The position numbers and the translations under genes were made by a program. A DNA stretch of 64,000 nucleotides from Lepidodermella squamata (taxonomy: Eukaryota > Animalia > Gastrotricha): contig JBLDXI010000003.1 of assembly GCA_047495785.1 (NCBI GenBank), positions 868,001 to 932,000 of the forward strand. Reading direction: 5' to 3'. The notes beneath the pieces were generated by a model. The model was not told the DNA's origin and did not search any database. It saw nothing but the letters and a program-made list of their open reading frames with translations. Below are positions 51,672-63,548 of the stretch, one piece after another; position 1 is the stretch's first letter; every line of letters begins with the position of its first letter.

Positions 51672-52905
51672 TTTTTTCTATGGGCACAAATTGTCGCTCG
51701 AAGAATTATGGATGGCTATTGATAAACTAAAATACAACATTATACCACATATTGCCAAGATAGGCCTGAAAATAACAGAATATTATAAGATTTAATAAAA
51801 ATTCGAAAACGTTATTTCGAGGTTGTCCCCATCAGGCTCGTGTCTCGTGTTACCAGTTTCCTTAGTCAACAGGGGGTGTTCTACATCATCTATAGCAGCG
51901 ACCTGTTCCGATCACCGGACCAGAGAACTGAAAAATGAACGTCTATGCCAGCGACCTCACCCTCGCCGCCTGGGCCTGTCATTGGTGGCGACAATTCAAT
52001 GCTTCGACGCGCGAAAAAATACTAGACAATTTTATCTATTATTGCTGACGAGCGAACGGGATCCTAAGGGCGAGTTCAGGAACATACAGACAGACGGTGT
52101 CTCATGACAACGGGGTGTGTTCAATCGTCGGCGGAAATTATTAGGATTCAGGGACGTTCGTCTATGTCCGATGTACATGACTAAATCGCAAATCGAGCAG
52201 AAGGCGAGTTAATATCATTCTATTATATTGTACCAGCAATTTATTCTCAGCGCAGACATTTTTCGAAGCGGAGAAAATCCCAAAATAGATCATAAAATGT
52301 ACCCGCAAAGCAGGACAAAATTGAACAATGAAAATGAACTTTTAGTTATGGGATCTGATTTCTTGGGCTCGGTAAAGAAAAGATCTCCAGCGTCATCTCT
52401 AACGTAATTCAACTTGAATGAATGAAATAAGGTCGACAATCGCAAAGATGAAACATCAATTATATCGTTTCAAATTTCTGCGAACCAGCCACTTGGAATT
52501 ACAAATATCTGAGGTACCAGCTCGTTTAACAGTTAGTTAACAGTTGCTCCATTTTCCATGTAACAGTGAAGCTGGAAATGAAATACCGTAAAAACCGAAG
52601 GCACTGTCCGCTATTTCTTTCGAAGGGTATTTCCAGAAAATTAAATTGCTCGCCTGCACAAATCAAAGCAAAACAGGCCTTAAATTCTTAGGATAGGTCT
52701 GCCCCTGCCCTTATTTCGGTCCTGCCTTGTAATTCAGTATTTACGGTAATCAGATACCCATCTTCCACTCCACCGCTTGGAGCAACGTCCTATTTCTTAT
52801 GATTTTTGGGAGAAAGTGTTGAAAAGAGCTGTTGAGTGGCAATAATACATCCTTTCTTAAGCGCATCATAATAATCTTTATTTCAGCCATAAATGCATAT
52901 GAAGG

Positions 52906-53279
52906 CTAATCTTCTTCCATCATCTTCCTAGCAAGCATTTGAGCCCAAAGGTAGAAGGTAGCCTGGTTATTGCAGACAGCTCTCGATCCAAGAATCGCCA
53001 CACATTTCGCCATTTTCTGCTCTCTAAGCAAGGCCCGCAAGCGGCTCAGCAGCTTCTCACCGTAATCCTTACCATTCTTTGCAATCATAGCATTCACTTT
53101 ATGATCTGACAAAATGAAGTCAGGTTAGTGTGGTTTCATGCTGTTTCTCAGTACTTACATAAGGCTCTAGCATGGGCATAGTTTTTTGGATTGAAAAGTT
53201 GTGAGTCCTCAGGAATCGGCGAAGATTCGATAGCTAAGAAACTTGTCGCAAGTAGTAATAAGTAGGTTGCAACGATCAT
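52906..53279 (-). CDS. Secreted C-x9-C peptide precursor, copy 5. Exons 53279-53159 and 53105-52906
   Basis: MIVATYLLLLATSFLAIESSPIPED...REQKMAKCVAILGSRAVCNNQATFYLWAQMLARKMMEED*; 53-nt phase-1 intron. Confidence 0.9.
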
Positions 53280-53676
53280 TTTTAAATATTGAAGTTATGA
53301 AAGATATTAGCGCAGATTTATTGAGGCTTTCATCAGCTTTTACGCGGCGTGGCCGCTTCCTGTTTCTCCACTTCCGACTTAGCATTAGCCTTAGCATTAG
53401 TGTACAGTGTGATGTTTCCTAGTCCGTGTAACTTACAGCGTGGGTGATGTTAAGACAAAACTCGGCTCTTGCTGTGATTCCTGTTTCCTTTATTCAATTT
53501 TCATTTGTAGACTAATTAGGCAGCGAGTCCGACTCGTACTCATGACATGTCGGCTGGCTAGAAAATGTACAGTTCGGCTCCTCATAATCACAAGTTGCAT
53601 GGAAAAGGCATCCGTCTTACAATAAGGTTGGTTACCGGGTAATCCTGTGTGGAGGGTTTTCCCCCAGATGTGCAAC

Positions 53677-54373
53677 CAGTGATTCCGAATTGAGTTGATT
53701 TGCTTTTAACTCAATTCAACTTGTTTTTAAGTCGACTCAAAAATCAACTCAACTCATGGATAAAATCCGTCAAATCAACTCAACTCAACTCAATGTCTAA
53801 AGTAATTAGTAATAATGAGAGACGTAGTCTATTAATTGAATAGCTTCACTTTGCAAGTAGTGAGCGTAAGGGCCTAGCTGTTCATAAGCTTCCAACTCAG
53901 TAGCGTTGCGGCTAGCTTGCAACATTTTGCAGGTAACGAAGCTGGCATTAATGCGTGCACTCTTAGCCACCCGCGATTACCTGGGCGCGCTCAACATTTC
54001 AAACGCAATGCTATTGGCTGCGCATCCCAGCATCGCGCGTCTATAAATGGGAGCTACAACGCTATTGGCTGGCCATCCTATGTTTACCTGTTTAGATTTT
54101 TACCTGTACACGGCTATAATGATAAAAGCGACGTTATTGGTTTCGCAAACGAGACACGCGCCTTTTCAAAATTGCTATTGGCTAGAAAGTTGCAGCGCGC
54201 TAATGCGCAATACGACGCGCGTCTATAATGATATGCGTATTGCTATTGGCTGAAAAGTTTGATTGGCGCTCGCGAACACAACGCGCGTTGATGCCAGTTT
54301 TTGTAAACTCAAAAATCAACTCAAATCACAACAGGCGTGAGTCAAATCAACTCAACTCGATTCGGAATCACTG
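53677..54373. mobile_element. hAT-type MITE (697 bp)
   Basis: TIRs cagtgattccgaat / attcggaatcactg, sub-terminal tcaac repeats, 8-bp TSD TGTGCAAC. Confidence 0.9.
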
Positions 54374-54581
54374 TGTGCAACCCCCACTTGAGCAACGGCC
54401 ACTTGCGCAACGATTTTTAGCATTATTATAGGCGAGCGCACAAGTCATTGTTTATTAACCAATAAGAAGCTACAAAAGCATTTATACAGTTTTGAAAGCG
54501 ACAACATATTTGTCAGATAATTTGTCGAGTGTCGAATAGACAACAAGTTGTTTGTCCTTATTAGGATTAACAACAAAAACC

Positions 54582-55394
54582 TCAACCATTGATTGGATTT
54601 TTGTTCATTTTTACGTATTTCTTGGAACGCTTCGCCATTAAACCCGGCTCGGCGGCCACAGTGACCTTGGCAGCCGCCTCTGACTCATCCTTGCGCAACA
54701 ATTCAATCAGCCGCCACACATTGATGTGGTAGGACTTAGCGCCCCAGTTGACTTTCGCGTTCCAGCCATCTGCCGCGTTATTCGTGCCAGTGTTCAGGCC
54801 GTGTACACATTCCACTCGGACAATTTGACGATCACGGTCCACAGCTTCTGCAAATACTTCTTGAACCGGGCCAGCGAAGGTGGGCAACCGGCAAGAAGCA
54901 TCGGCTAGTAATGCTCGGGTAAGGAGAGCGAGAGCCACGAAGCGGCGAATGAAGCGCCGAACGTTGGGCAGCTTGATGTAGTGACCCCACAAACCATTTT
55001 CGCGAACCCAGGATCGCCTTGCAGTAATGGAAGAAGCCTAGAGCGAAAATTTGCTAAAGTCAATTCGTTAAGATCAAATCAACTTACATACTAACATTTC
55101 CCTGAAAAATTTGCGAATAACCGGTGTGAACCCTGTTTCAAATTCGACTGTTGCGCTTTTCTGGCTCAAATCTACCCGGCTTTGAATGATCTCGAAAAAC
55201 CTTCGTAGGTTTTTTCTGACTTTAAAGTCAGCAGAGCAAAGATAGTTGGCAACAACAGCTGCTCGCTGCTCAAACTCCTCGCTGTAGGCGCGCTCCATAC
55301 TAGACATGAAGTCGCCAACTTCTGCACTCGGGTTCTTCGGCACTTTTCGTTTGCCTCGGATGAACATTTCTCTCTCATCCATCTCTATTTTCAC
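54582..55394 (-). mobile_element. Degenerate second MULE transposase relic
   Basis: TVEFETG (tDFE-like), CFFHYCKAI, RRFVALALL, TNNAADGWN, HINVWRLIELLRKDE. Confidence 0.7.
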
Positions 55395-55999
55395 GTTTAG
55401 GTTGTTCAGTTTTTAAGGGATTATGACAGAGGTCACATTACCTACTTACATATCCTTAGAGAATAGAGTTACCTGTTTATTATTATATGTACAATATAAA
55501 CTGTAATATATAATGTGCACACATCTGTGGAGCTCTATGGATGTGCGTTGTATAAAACGACCAAAAAAGTCAAATTACTTTCAGAGCTGAAAACTTCATG
55601 TATCATTTTACTTCCGTCTTTAAAGTTAACAAAACCTGGAAAGCACGTGGGGTACTTTTAACTCATGGCAAGTGTTATAATATTTGGCGACGCGTTACAC
55701 ATGCCGCGTGGCTAGGTTTCTCATTCATGATAAGATGTCGACAAAGTCGAATGTCGCCTCTAAATGCGTGGTGCAAGATGACTATCACGACCTTCTCTTC
55801 CGTCTGGTGTGACTTGTCCCCCAGCTTATACTAAGGTTATAGTTTCCGTTTCCGGCCTAGGTATTCGTATATCGAATGACATGCGTTACGGAACTTAACA
55901 GGCAACATGATGAAGGTATCTTTCGTGTTGCGTGGTGTTCTCTAATTGATCATTTGCCTCAAAGCATTGATCAAGTTCAAAAACTTCAAAAGGCCGACA

Positions 56000-56373
56000 A
56001 TGCTTGTATTATTAGGCCTCTGCATGCTAATTACAATTGGTTCCGCAGCTAGCAAGGATTCACAAGATACCACGGAGGCTCACAATTCAAAAGAACGCAA
56101 CGGGTTACATCCGAAAACCATACGTAAGTCATTGTAAGCTTCCGATCAACGTTTTCCTAATGATTGTTTTCCCCAGCTACGAATTATCGGGCGATGCTGT
56201 TGGCCAACATAAGGTCAGCCATTGATCTAATCAATCAACTGAAAGAGAGAGGAAAGAAAAGCAGAATCGCCAAATGCATTGCCACTCTACGGTCGGTGGA
56301 AATCTGTACGAACAAAGGAGCTTTCTACATTTGGGCTAAAACACTTGCCAACAAAATTGTGGATGGGAATTAA
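56000..56373 (+). CDS. Secreted C-x9-C peptide precursor, copy 6 (divergent). Exons 56000-56123 and 56177-56373
   Basis: MLVLLGLCMLITIGSAAS...KKSRIAKCIATLRSVEICTNKGAFYIWAKTLANKIVDGN*; phase-1 intron; AATAAA downstream. Confidence 0.9.
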
Positions 56374-57485
56374 AATTATATTAGGTTTGCCAACCTTCAA
56401 TCTCATTTGCAGATGATTTCGAAACTTCGCGCAATAAAATCTATTTTAGTCTGTTCTAATTGTAAATCAGCGAGGCGTTCAAATAAAATATGTTTAGTTT
56501 GAAAAAAGTCTCATTTTCCTTTTATCATTTTATCCGACACTGCTGAAAGGAGTATGGTAATCAAAATGGTTTCTTAGCTTTTTAACCTTAATTATTCGGC
56601 CTTCATCTGTCATCGCGGTAATCTCAATCGACAGAAAAGTTAGCGCAGCTGAGCTATATTCGACTTTATCTTCTCATTTTGCAATAGTATCATATTGGCA
56701 ATCAGACCGCAATGTCGACTCACTAATTAAGTGCAGGAAAAAGATGAATCATTTCCGTGGCAATGTCTGCTTCAACAATTCCCTTACCGGATAAGTTTGG
56801 CTGAACGCATTATACAGTGTGCGAAGTACCCACCTCGAGAGGTCCAGGCAATAAACCCCCTAAAAAACCCTAATAAACCCTGAAAAACCAAAGCGAGGAA
56901 GGACTGATGCGTAAATATGCGTAAAATGATGACGGATTATCCTTTCAAAAATGACTGCGCTCTCGATGAGAGAACTGAAAAACTCAAAGAGTGAATCAAT
57001 CAAGTAATCGGCAATAAATGAGTACATTCAATTCATCAAAAGCCTATTTCCATAGCTTTCCGGAATATGGCATGTCAAGAGGGGAAAGGAGACATGTTAC
57101 TCTGATGCGTGTAATTCGCACGCCTCATAGATATCTGAGAAGGACAATTAGAAGAGTGAGTCAATATCAATTATTAAGACAGAATCCAGTTCGTAGCAAA
57201 TGTCTCAGACTAGTTGGAAATATGTTGAACACCTTGTTGGGTTAACGCGAACTTGTTCTCCGAGACTAACCTGTCTATTTTCTGAACTAACAAATTGGAA
57301 ATTATGGCCTAAATGCTCACAGGGCCATCCATCACTACTGGTCCTTGTTATAGTCGGAAGTCCGATCTGCTGCGACCGACCACGCACAAAATTTGAGCTG
57401 TGAATTAGATAGGCTAATTAATTGTCAATCGTATTCTTTAACCTACGCGAAGCGCTCCCTTAACTTCATTCTACTAAAACTAAAG

Positions 57486-57797
57486 ATGCTAAGTACTTCC
57501 TATTTTCTCAAGTTATTATCCTTCACATGTGCGCTGCTCGGAACATTGGCAATTGCCAGTGAGGAGTCTAGAAAGCTGAAGTGGAAGCTATTGGGCTATA
57601 AGCTAAACGAGGTGTTAAAGCAAGACAACAAGCGTTTAACTGCTCTTGTTCAGCTTATTGCTGGCAAAGAACGAGCGCGCCGACTGGCGAAGTGCATGGC
57701 TGTTTTCAACTCGAAAGCCATCTGCAGCTACCAGTCTAGCTTCTACATTTGGGCAAAGATCATGGCGCGGAAAATTATGGAAGGCAGTGAAAAATAG
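57486..57797 (+). CDS. Secreted C-x9-C peptide precursor, copy 7 (intronless, 103 aa)
   Basis: MLSTSYFLKLLSFTCALLGTLAIAS...RARRLAKCMAVFNSKAICSYQSSFYIWAKIMARKIMEGSEK*. Confidence 0.9.
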   Translation: MLSTSYFLKLLSFTCALLGTLAIASEESRKLKWKLLGYKLNEVLKQDNKRLTALVQLIAGKERARRLAKCMAVFNSKAICSYQSSFYIWAKIMARKIMEGSEK

Positions 57798-58619
57798 CTA
57801 TATCAACTATTAGCATTAAACTTCACAAATTGACATGCTATATTGTAAATAAATTACATTCAGAATGCATATTCTAAAGCTTTGAAGAGTTTATGTTCCT
57901 CTGGAATTCCCGAAGAAGTTCCGAAGAGTGGGCTCACAGGCCTATCAACTCGGTTTGTCCGGCATGTCGCTGAGTTCAGCGGACCAGTGTTTCGAACTAG
58001 ATTGAAGGTGTGCCATGTGATGACTATATTCCTACTGAAAAGGGCCATCTAATGACCTACAATAAACACCTGAGCGCTTCAGGACATTCAAGTACTACAT
58101 CTTGAGTTGTCCGCTAAATTGGGCCCGCCGAGTTCAATAAAGCCAGGGATTTTGGAACTCAGAGCGGATCCTGATTTATAGCGGACCGCTCTATGTAAAT
58201 CAGCCCCCTATTATGATGGATGAATGCAAATTTCAGTAATAATTAGTCTCATTAGACATGCGCCACATCTTGCTACACCTGGCACTCAAGTGGCAGAATT
58301 CGATGGTATCCGTGGTTAGGATATAAGGGGTGATTAGCGTTGTCCGCCAAGAAACAGTCCGTCGTGCTAGTTTTTGGGATTTGCTTATCCTCGAGTGAGA
58401 TGGTAACGAGTTACTCACTTTCTCTGTACCAATTGTCGCTTTCAAGTTGATAGAACGGAGAGTTTTCGTAGACCTATGAAATATTTGGAACCATAATAGG
58501 TTGGAACGGATCAATCGTGGTATGCGCGCGGTATCTGCAATTGAATATTACATTTTCTGAGGATGTGTTATGAATCTATATTTTGTTGTCGGTGATCGCC
58601 TGTTGTTCGCAGCGACACC

Positions 58620-59200
58620 TTATTTATTGGCTGACTCCGGATCTGCGTTACGAAGAAAAAGCATAATCCTGCACCCCGACTTCAAAGAGGCTGCCGAAGA
58701 AGCTAAATTTGAACGGCCTTTCAGCAGACGCACTCGCCGAAGTGCAGGCGCTGATCTCGTAGCACTGCAGCACGGACGCATCGCCCTCGTCCTCCCTCCA
58801 CGGCGGTCTTCTCGGCGTCGTCCACCGCTCCGCCGGCTCCTGCACCGTTGTTACCCGCTTCCCAGCCCGCTCCGGCTTTTGCACACCCGCTGCCCGCCCC
58901 GCACCCGGCCTTGGCCACGGCTAACCCCGTCAGTAAGCGTGTCGTTATTATCGATAACATCATCAACATGCGCCGATGTGAGATTGAGCCCGAGCTTGTG
59001 CTAGCGGCGCCCTGGCTCGACTATCACCCTGCCGTTGGCCTCCGGATAATTTGCTCTACGCCAGCTGGCGCGGATCGCTTGCTGAAGAAGGAACTCCCCC
59101 CTCGCTGGTTCACCGTCCCAGGGAACCGGATTCTAGTCGCCCGAGTTGCTTTCTGCTTTTCCACCTGTTCTAGCTCTCGGGTTTCTCTTCTCAATCACCC
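58620..59200 (+). mobile_element. GC-rich degenerate coding relic, possibly a retroelement ORF1/gag fragment
   Basis: Pro/Ala-rich linker followed by KRVVIIDNI...LRIICSTPAGADRLL; frameshifted and compositionally distinct from its flanks. The identity is a guess. Confidence 0.3.
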
Positions 59201-60589
59201 GCAACCGTTTCTTATGATTCATGTCGGATTTATATGGCCTATCGACTGACTATGACTGGAACTATGATTTAGTAATCATCAAAACACCAACGTTATGGGC
59301 GAAACGGATGGCGAGATAAGTTACCAAACGACATTGACGTCACCTGCCGGATTGCCAATGGGCCTTTAATTTCGGACCCGATTGGTTGGTGAATGGCGAA
59401 ATCCCTTTGGACACCTGAAATAGGTCATTGTTTGGAATAAGACGACACAACACGAAAATCATTGTATTTTCACCGAAGAAAAAAAATATAACCGCTAACA
59501 ATTGAGCATCAATTAGCTGTGATTAATCTTTCGAGAAATGTCTAGTCCATTTCCTGAAGCAGCGCGGTTGGAAAAGGCATTTAGATGGCGTGCGGTCGCG
59601 CAATATTATGACTATTAGTGTCCAGGGCTAAGGAGAAAAATGCCACAGCGTTCATTTCGTACCATTTTATAAGCCTGAAAAATGAAACCAGAGGGATCTG
59701 TCAAGATGAATCAGCAGAAAGCTCATAAAGGTCATTCCTTCCTTCTTTCTCTATTCTCTATGGAAAGTACTGTGAACACTGTTTGTCACAAACGTCCACT
59801 TTCTCACAGTACTTATGAACTGTACTTTCCTCCTTGGACTGAAAGAGATCTTTTTTCCAAGCACAAAGAAATGCGTCCCTGGGCGTTTTAAGCCATTTAA
59901 GCTACTCCTAATTATAGCTTAATAAATGACACTTTGCCCAGGCGAGCAAAACAAGCCACGTGGACTGTCGAAGTTGCTGGTTATTTAAAATAATCTGAAT
60001 GAATCATGGGCAAGATTGTGACGAAAGCGCAGCAGAAAATAGACCAAGTCGAAATAGAACTCGAAAAGTCGAAAAATTCCGTGTTGTTCAAAATGAGGCC
60101 CATTGAAGTTTGTTTATTCAGCATAAGGCAATGATACTGGTGTCACGGAGTTGGTATCCCCTTTCTGTTATAATTCATTATAATACAACTCTGCTGATAA
60201 TTAAAATGTTAGTAAAAAATAAGTCGTCATCGCACTGCATTCGAGAATTCATTAGCGCAAACCGTGAACTGGGTTGCGGATCAAGTTATAGCTGAATGGT
60301 TCTGTCAGGGCTAAATTGAAATCCCAAAGAGATGAAGCTGTGAGCTATGGAATTAATGAATAATTATTAAAATCAACGTATTATGAAAGCGCTGGCAGCT
60401 TCTGTGTCAAACTTCGAGGCTCTATAGTTTCCGATTTCAGCAGAAAAATGATAAACTTTTTCAAATTTTATTTGAATGAGAATGAATAAAGTACGAGGCG
60501 ATTTTAGAATCTGCTCACATGCATTATTTCCGGTTAACAAGAAAGGATGTTCAACATCACATTTTTCAATAGAGATACATCCAGTAGAT

Positions 60590-60904
60590 CTATTGCTGAC
60601 CGCCTTCCATGATATGCCGTGCTACAATCTTGGCCCAAATGTAGAAGCTCGACTGGTAGCTGCAGATGGCTTTCGAACGGAACACCTCTAGGCATTTATT
60701 CAGCCGCCGTTTCTTCTCCTTGTCGACTACAAGTTGAACAATAACAAATAGGCGTTTGTTGCTCTTTTGATTTGCCAACTCGCTTAGCTTTGCACCCATC
60801 AGTATCCTCGTTATATTCTTCGCCTCTGCACTGGCGGCTGCCGAGATGCCAATCAGGGCAAACGTGAAAGACAAAAGCTTGAGAAAATAGGAAGTTTTCG
60901 GCAT
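60590..60904 (-). CDS. Secreted C-x9-C peptide precursor, copy 8 (intronless, 104 aa)
   Basis: MPKTSYFLKLLSFTFALIGISAAAS...KKRRLNKCLEVFRSKAICSYQSSFYIWAKIVARHIMEGGQQ*. Confidence 0.9.
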   Translation of the reverse strand: MPKTSYFLKLLSFTFALIGISAAASAEAKNITRILMGAKLSELANQKSNKRLFVIVQLVVDKEKKRRLNKCLEVFRSKAICSYQSSFYIWAKIVARHIMEGGQQ

Positions 60905-61644
60905 GATAACGGCTGTGATGTTGTGGAGTATGGAACACGTGCGGATATCATGAAATCACTCACTAACGCGCTGAGGTCCGGAGTTTTAAATGTGCTACTT
61001 AGATACAGGATACTTTCACGCACATCCAGGTACCTTAACCTAGAGAGTAAAAGGTTGCTGCCTGTTATCCGGATTATGTACACTGCGGATACTCATCGTC
61101 TGTGGTTCGTGAAACAGTACACGGGAGTATGTGATATGCACTAGCTTGTGTACGTTACAAATCGATTGTTGTTTTTTTTGGAAGAAACAGGTGGCGGGGG
61201 CTCGGATGAGTCATTTCCGCATTGTTGAAATGCGAAACCGTGGCGAATCAGCCTATTTCCTGACAGCCCAGCTCCTTAGCTACAAATATATAAGGTCATG
61301 CCTGGACAGAGTTCAGAAAGCATCTGCGCATCAAAAGCATGACGGCATTCGTTTCTATTCTCGGCGAGTTGCTTCATGGCCCACTCCGCTATCCTTCGAG
61401 CTAAATATTAGGCTGTGGTTTTGCTGAGGAGGTTAATAAGAACGGGTTTATCAAGCCACGCCCAAGCCACCCCCCCAAAATTTCGAGTTTTTCGGCTATT
61501 TTTGAACGTCTGAGGTCCATTTTTTCCCCATATTTCTCGGCTACCCACCCCCGATTTCAAAAGGCTAGATAAACCCTTGCTATGAATTCTTAGAAACGAG
61601 GGCTTCCTCAACTTCATTCTACTCGAGGAAACAAGTCTAGGTAA

Positions 61645-62025
61645 GTTAAATGCTTTCTATTTCCTCAAGCTGCTATTATCCTTTGCATTTGCGATCATCA
61701 GAACCTTTTGAATCGCCAGTGACGAGTCAAGAAAATTGACATGAAAGCTGTTGGGCGATGGAATAATTCAGTTGGTTAAGCAAGACGGCAGACTCACAAC
61801 CACGTTGGTTCAACAGCTCGTTAGCGTCATTATGAAAGTGAAATTGAAAATTCACCTTTTTGCCTCTGCATTCACGTAATAAACGCCGCATTTTCTCGCC
61901 ACCTTTCACCTTCAAACTTCCGTAAACAAGCCTAAATCCGAGTTATTCAACGACGCTGAAGATATAGTGGCGGCTGGCGGAATACATGGCAGCTTTCAGT
62001 TCGAATGAAATCTGCAGGCCATAAG
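61645..62025 (+). pseudogene. C-x9-C peptide precursor, copy 9 (intronless type, decayed)
   Basis: Recognisable YFLKLL, IASDESRKLT*KLLGD, KQD and RLAEYMAAFSSNEICRP*, with stops, an insertion, and the first Cys lost. Confidence 0.75.
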
Positions 62026-63236
62026 GGGATCAAAAAGTCCTTTTCAGTTGAATTCGCGACGGAATGAGTTTAAGTCACAGTCTTCTTAAATCTCAACCCC
62101 TATTTCCCCCGTTTGATGACTTGGAAACCGAGAAAAGCTTCTTTCATGGTATTCGCATTTATAAAGAATGGAATAGGAATTGGATCCCAAATGGTAAAAA
62201 ATTGGGTTCCCATGTGGAGAGCGAAACTTCCGTTAATTCCTGCTACTTGGTGTATTATGTTGTATTCCATAAGTACTCCCTACTCCCCATACAGGAATTT
62301 TGGCTTACGAACTGAGTATCAGGGAAGTTGAGCGACGTTTAAGACGACGAATCAATAACTAAATAACAAATATTTCATAAAATGGGCGTCTGGCCGGTGG
62401 CGGGAGGTTGAGTGTCAACAAAGGTTGATCACGTCGAGCGATATAATGAAAATTACAAAAAGGATGCATCGTGATGACATGTTGAGGAAATTGCATTCGC
62501 AAGGCTTGAAAATTCATTTTATCGAGCTGACAAACCAGAAACACTAGACCAGCAGAATGGCTTGTCTGACTTTCCTTTCGTTTCATTTCTTTTCGTTCAC
62601 TTGCTTCAAAATACCTTGGCTGTCCCAGCTGGCAATGACAGTATCTGGACATTCAACCCAACTTCAACGATTATGAGCAATTGTAGAATGGGGCCTCCGG
62701 TCAATTCGCCAACTGAACTGGCAGAAGAGGCAACTCTGATTGAGTACAACCAAAGCTTTTGGTCGATATCGACGACGTTTCTGAAACATTCACCATTTAT
62801 ATAGACATTGGAATTTCCTATATTTGTATGGCATGACACGAGTAAAACGTTTGTATCTGAACGGAGCCGGCCGAGATTTACGAATCTGAACGAGTCGAAG
62901 AAGAGTGGGGATGAGTAAATCGAGTACGGCGAGTTCAGAAATAAACGATTTACGAGGGCTGTATCAAAAAATATTAACTTCAAACTAGAAGTTTCTCAGT
63001 AGATCCGGAAATGAGCACCGGCTAAAACACAGAGGCGAACAGTGAAACAGGGGGATATAACCATCAAGAGATCATCACAGCTCGATTAATGCGACCTATC
63101 GTCCTTCGGAAATACTATGTACAGAGTTTTAAGAATGTTTCGCCTATGCCATCAGCCCCAGCGATTACTTCCAGGCTTGATGACGGATTGCGAAATGCAA
63201 TGAGGAGGATTGCAAAACTCAGAACTATTATTTTTA

Positions 63237-63548
63237 TTATTTTTCACTGCCTTCCATAATTTGCCTCGCGATGATCTTTGCCCAAATGTAGAAGCTAGAC
63301 TGGTTGTTGCAGATGGTTTTCGAGCTGAAAACAGCCAAGCATTTCGCCAGTCGCCGCTCGCGCTCTCTGTCGACCATAAGCTGTACTAGAGCAGTTAGGC
63401 GCTTGCTGTCTTGCTTCGCCAACTCATTGAGCTTGTCGCCAATCAGTTGCCTCAACGTCATTCTCGATTCTTCACTGGCCACGGTTAAGATTCCAATCAG
63501 GGCAAAAGTGATAGAAAATAGCTTGAAAAAATAGAAAGTGTTCAGCAT
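63237..63548 (-). CDS. Secreted C-x9-C peptide precursor, copy 10 (intronless, 103 aa)
   Basis: MLNTFYFFKLFSITFALIGILTVAS...RERERRLAKCLAVFSSKTICNNQSSFYIWAKIIARQIMEGSEK*. Confidence 0.9.
   Translation of the reverse strand: MLNTFYFFKLFSITFALIGILTVASEESRMTLRQLIGDKLNELAKQDSKRLTALVQLMVDRERERRLAKCLAVFSSKTICNNQSSFYIWAKIIARQIMEGSEK

Larger units (their letters stand above)
46566..51722 (+). pseudogene. C-x9-C peptide precursor, copy 4, interrupted by the MULE. Segments 46566-46689, 46746-46894 and 51681-51722
   Basis: MHLLMSPLIIITGYLMLVESKP...ERRMAKCMATLGSRSVCNNQSTFFL | element | WAQIVARRIMDGY*. Confidence 0.9.

Noticed and set aside
57393-57485. Longer N-terminus for peptide copy 7 (and 55946 for copy 6)
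   Set aside because: These are TTG starts from a prokaryote-style ORF caller; paralogue alignment supports ATG 57486 and ATG 56000.
5246-63548. GPCR and peptide array as a linked ligand-receptor pair
   Set aside because: They are over 30 kb apart with unrelated genes between, and Venus flytrap domains usually bind small molecules; proximity is the only evidence.
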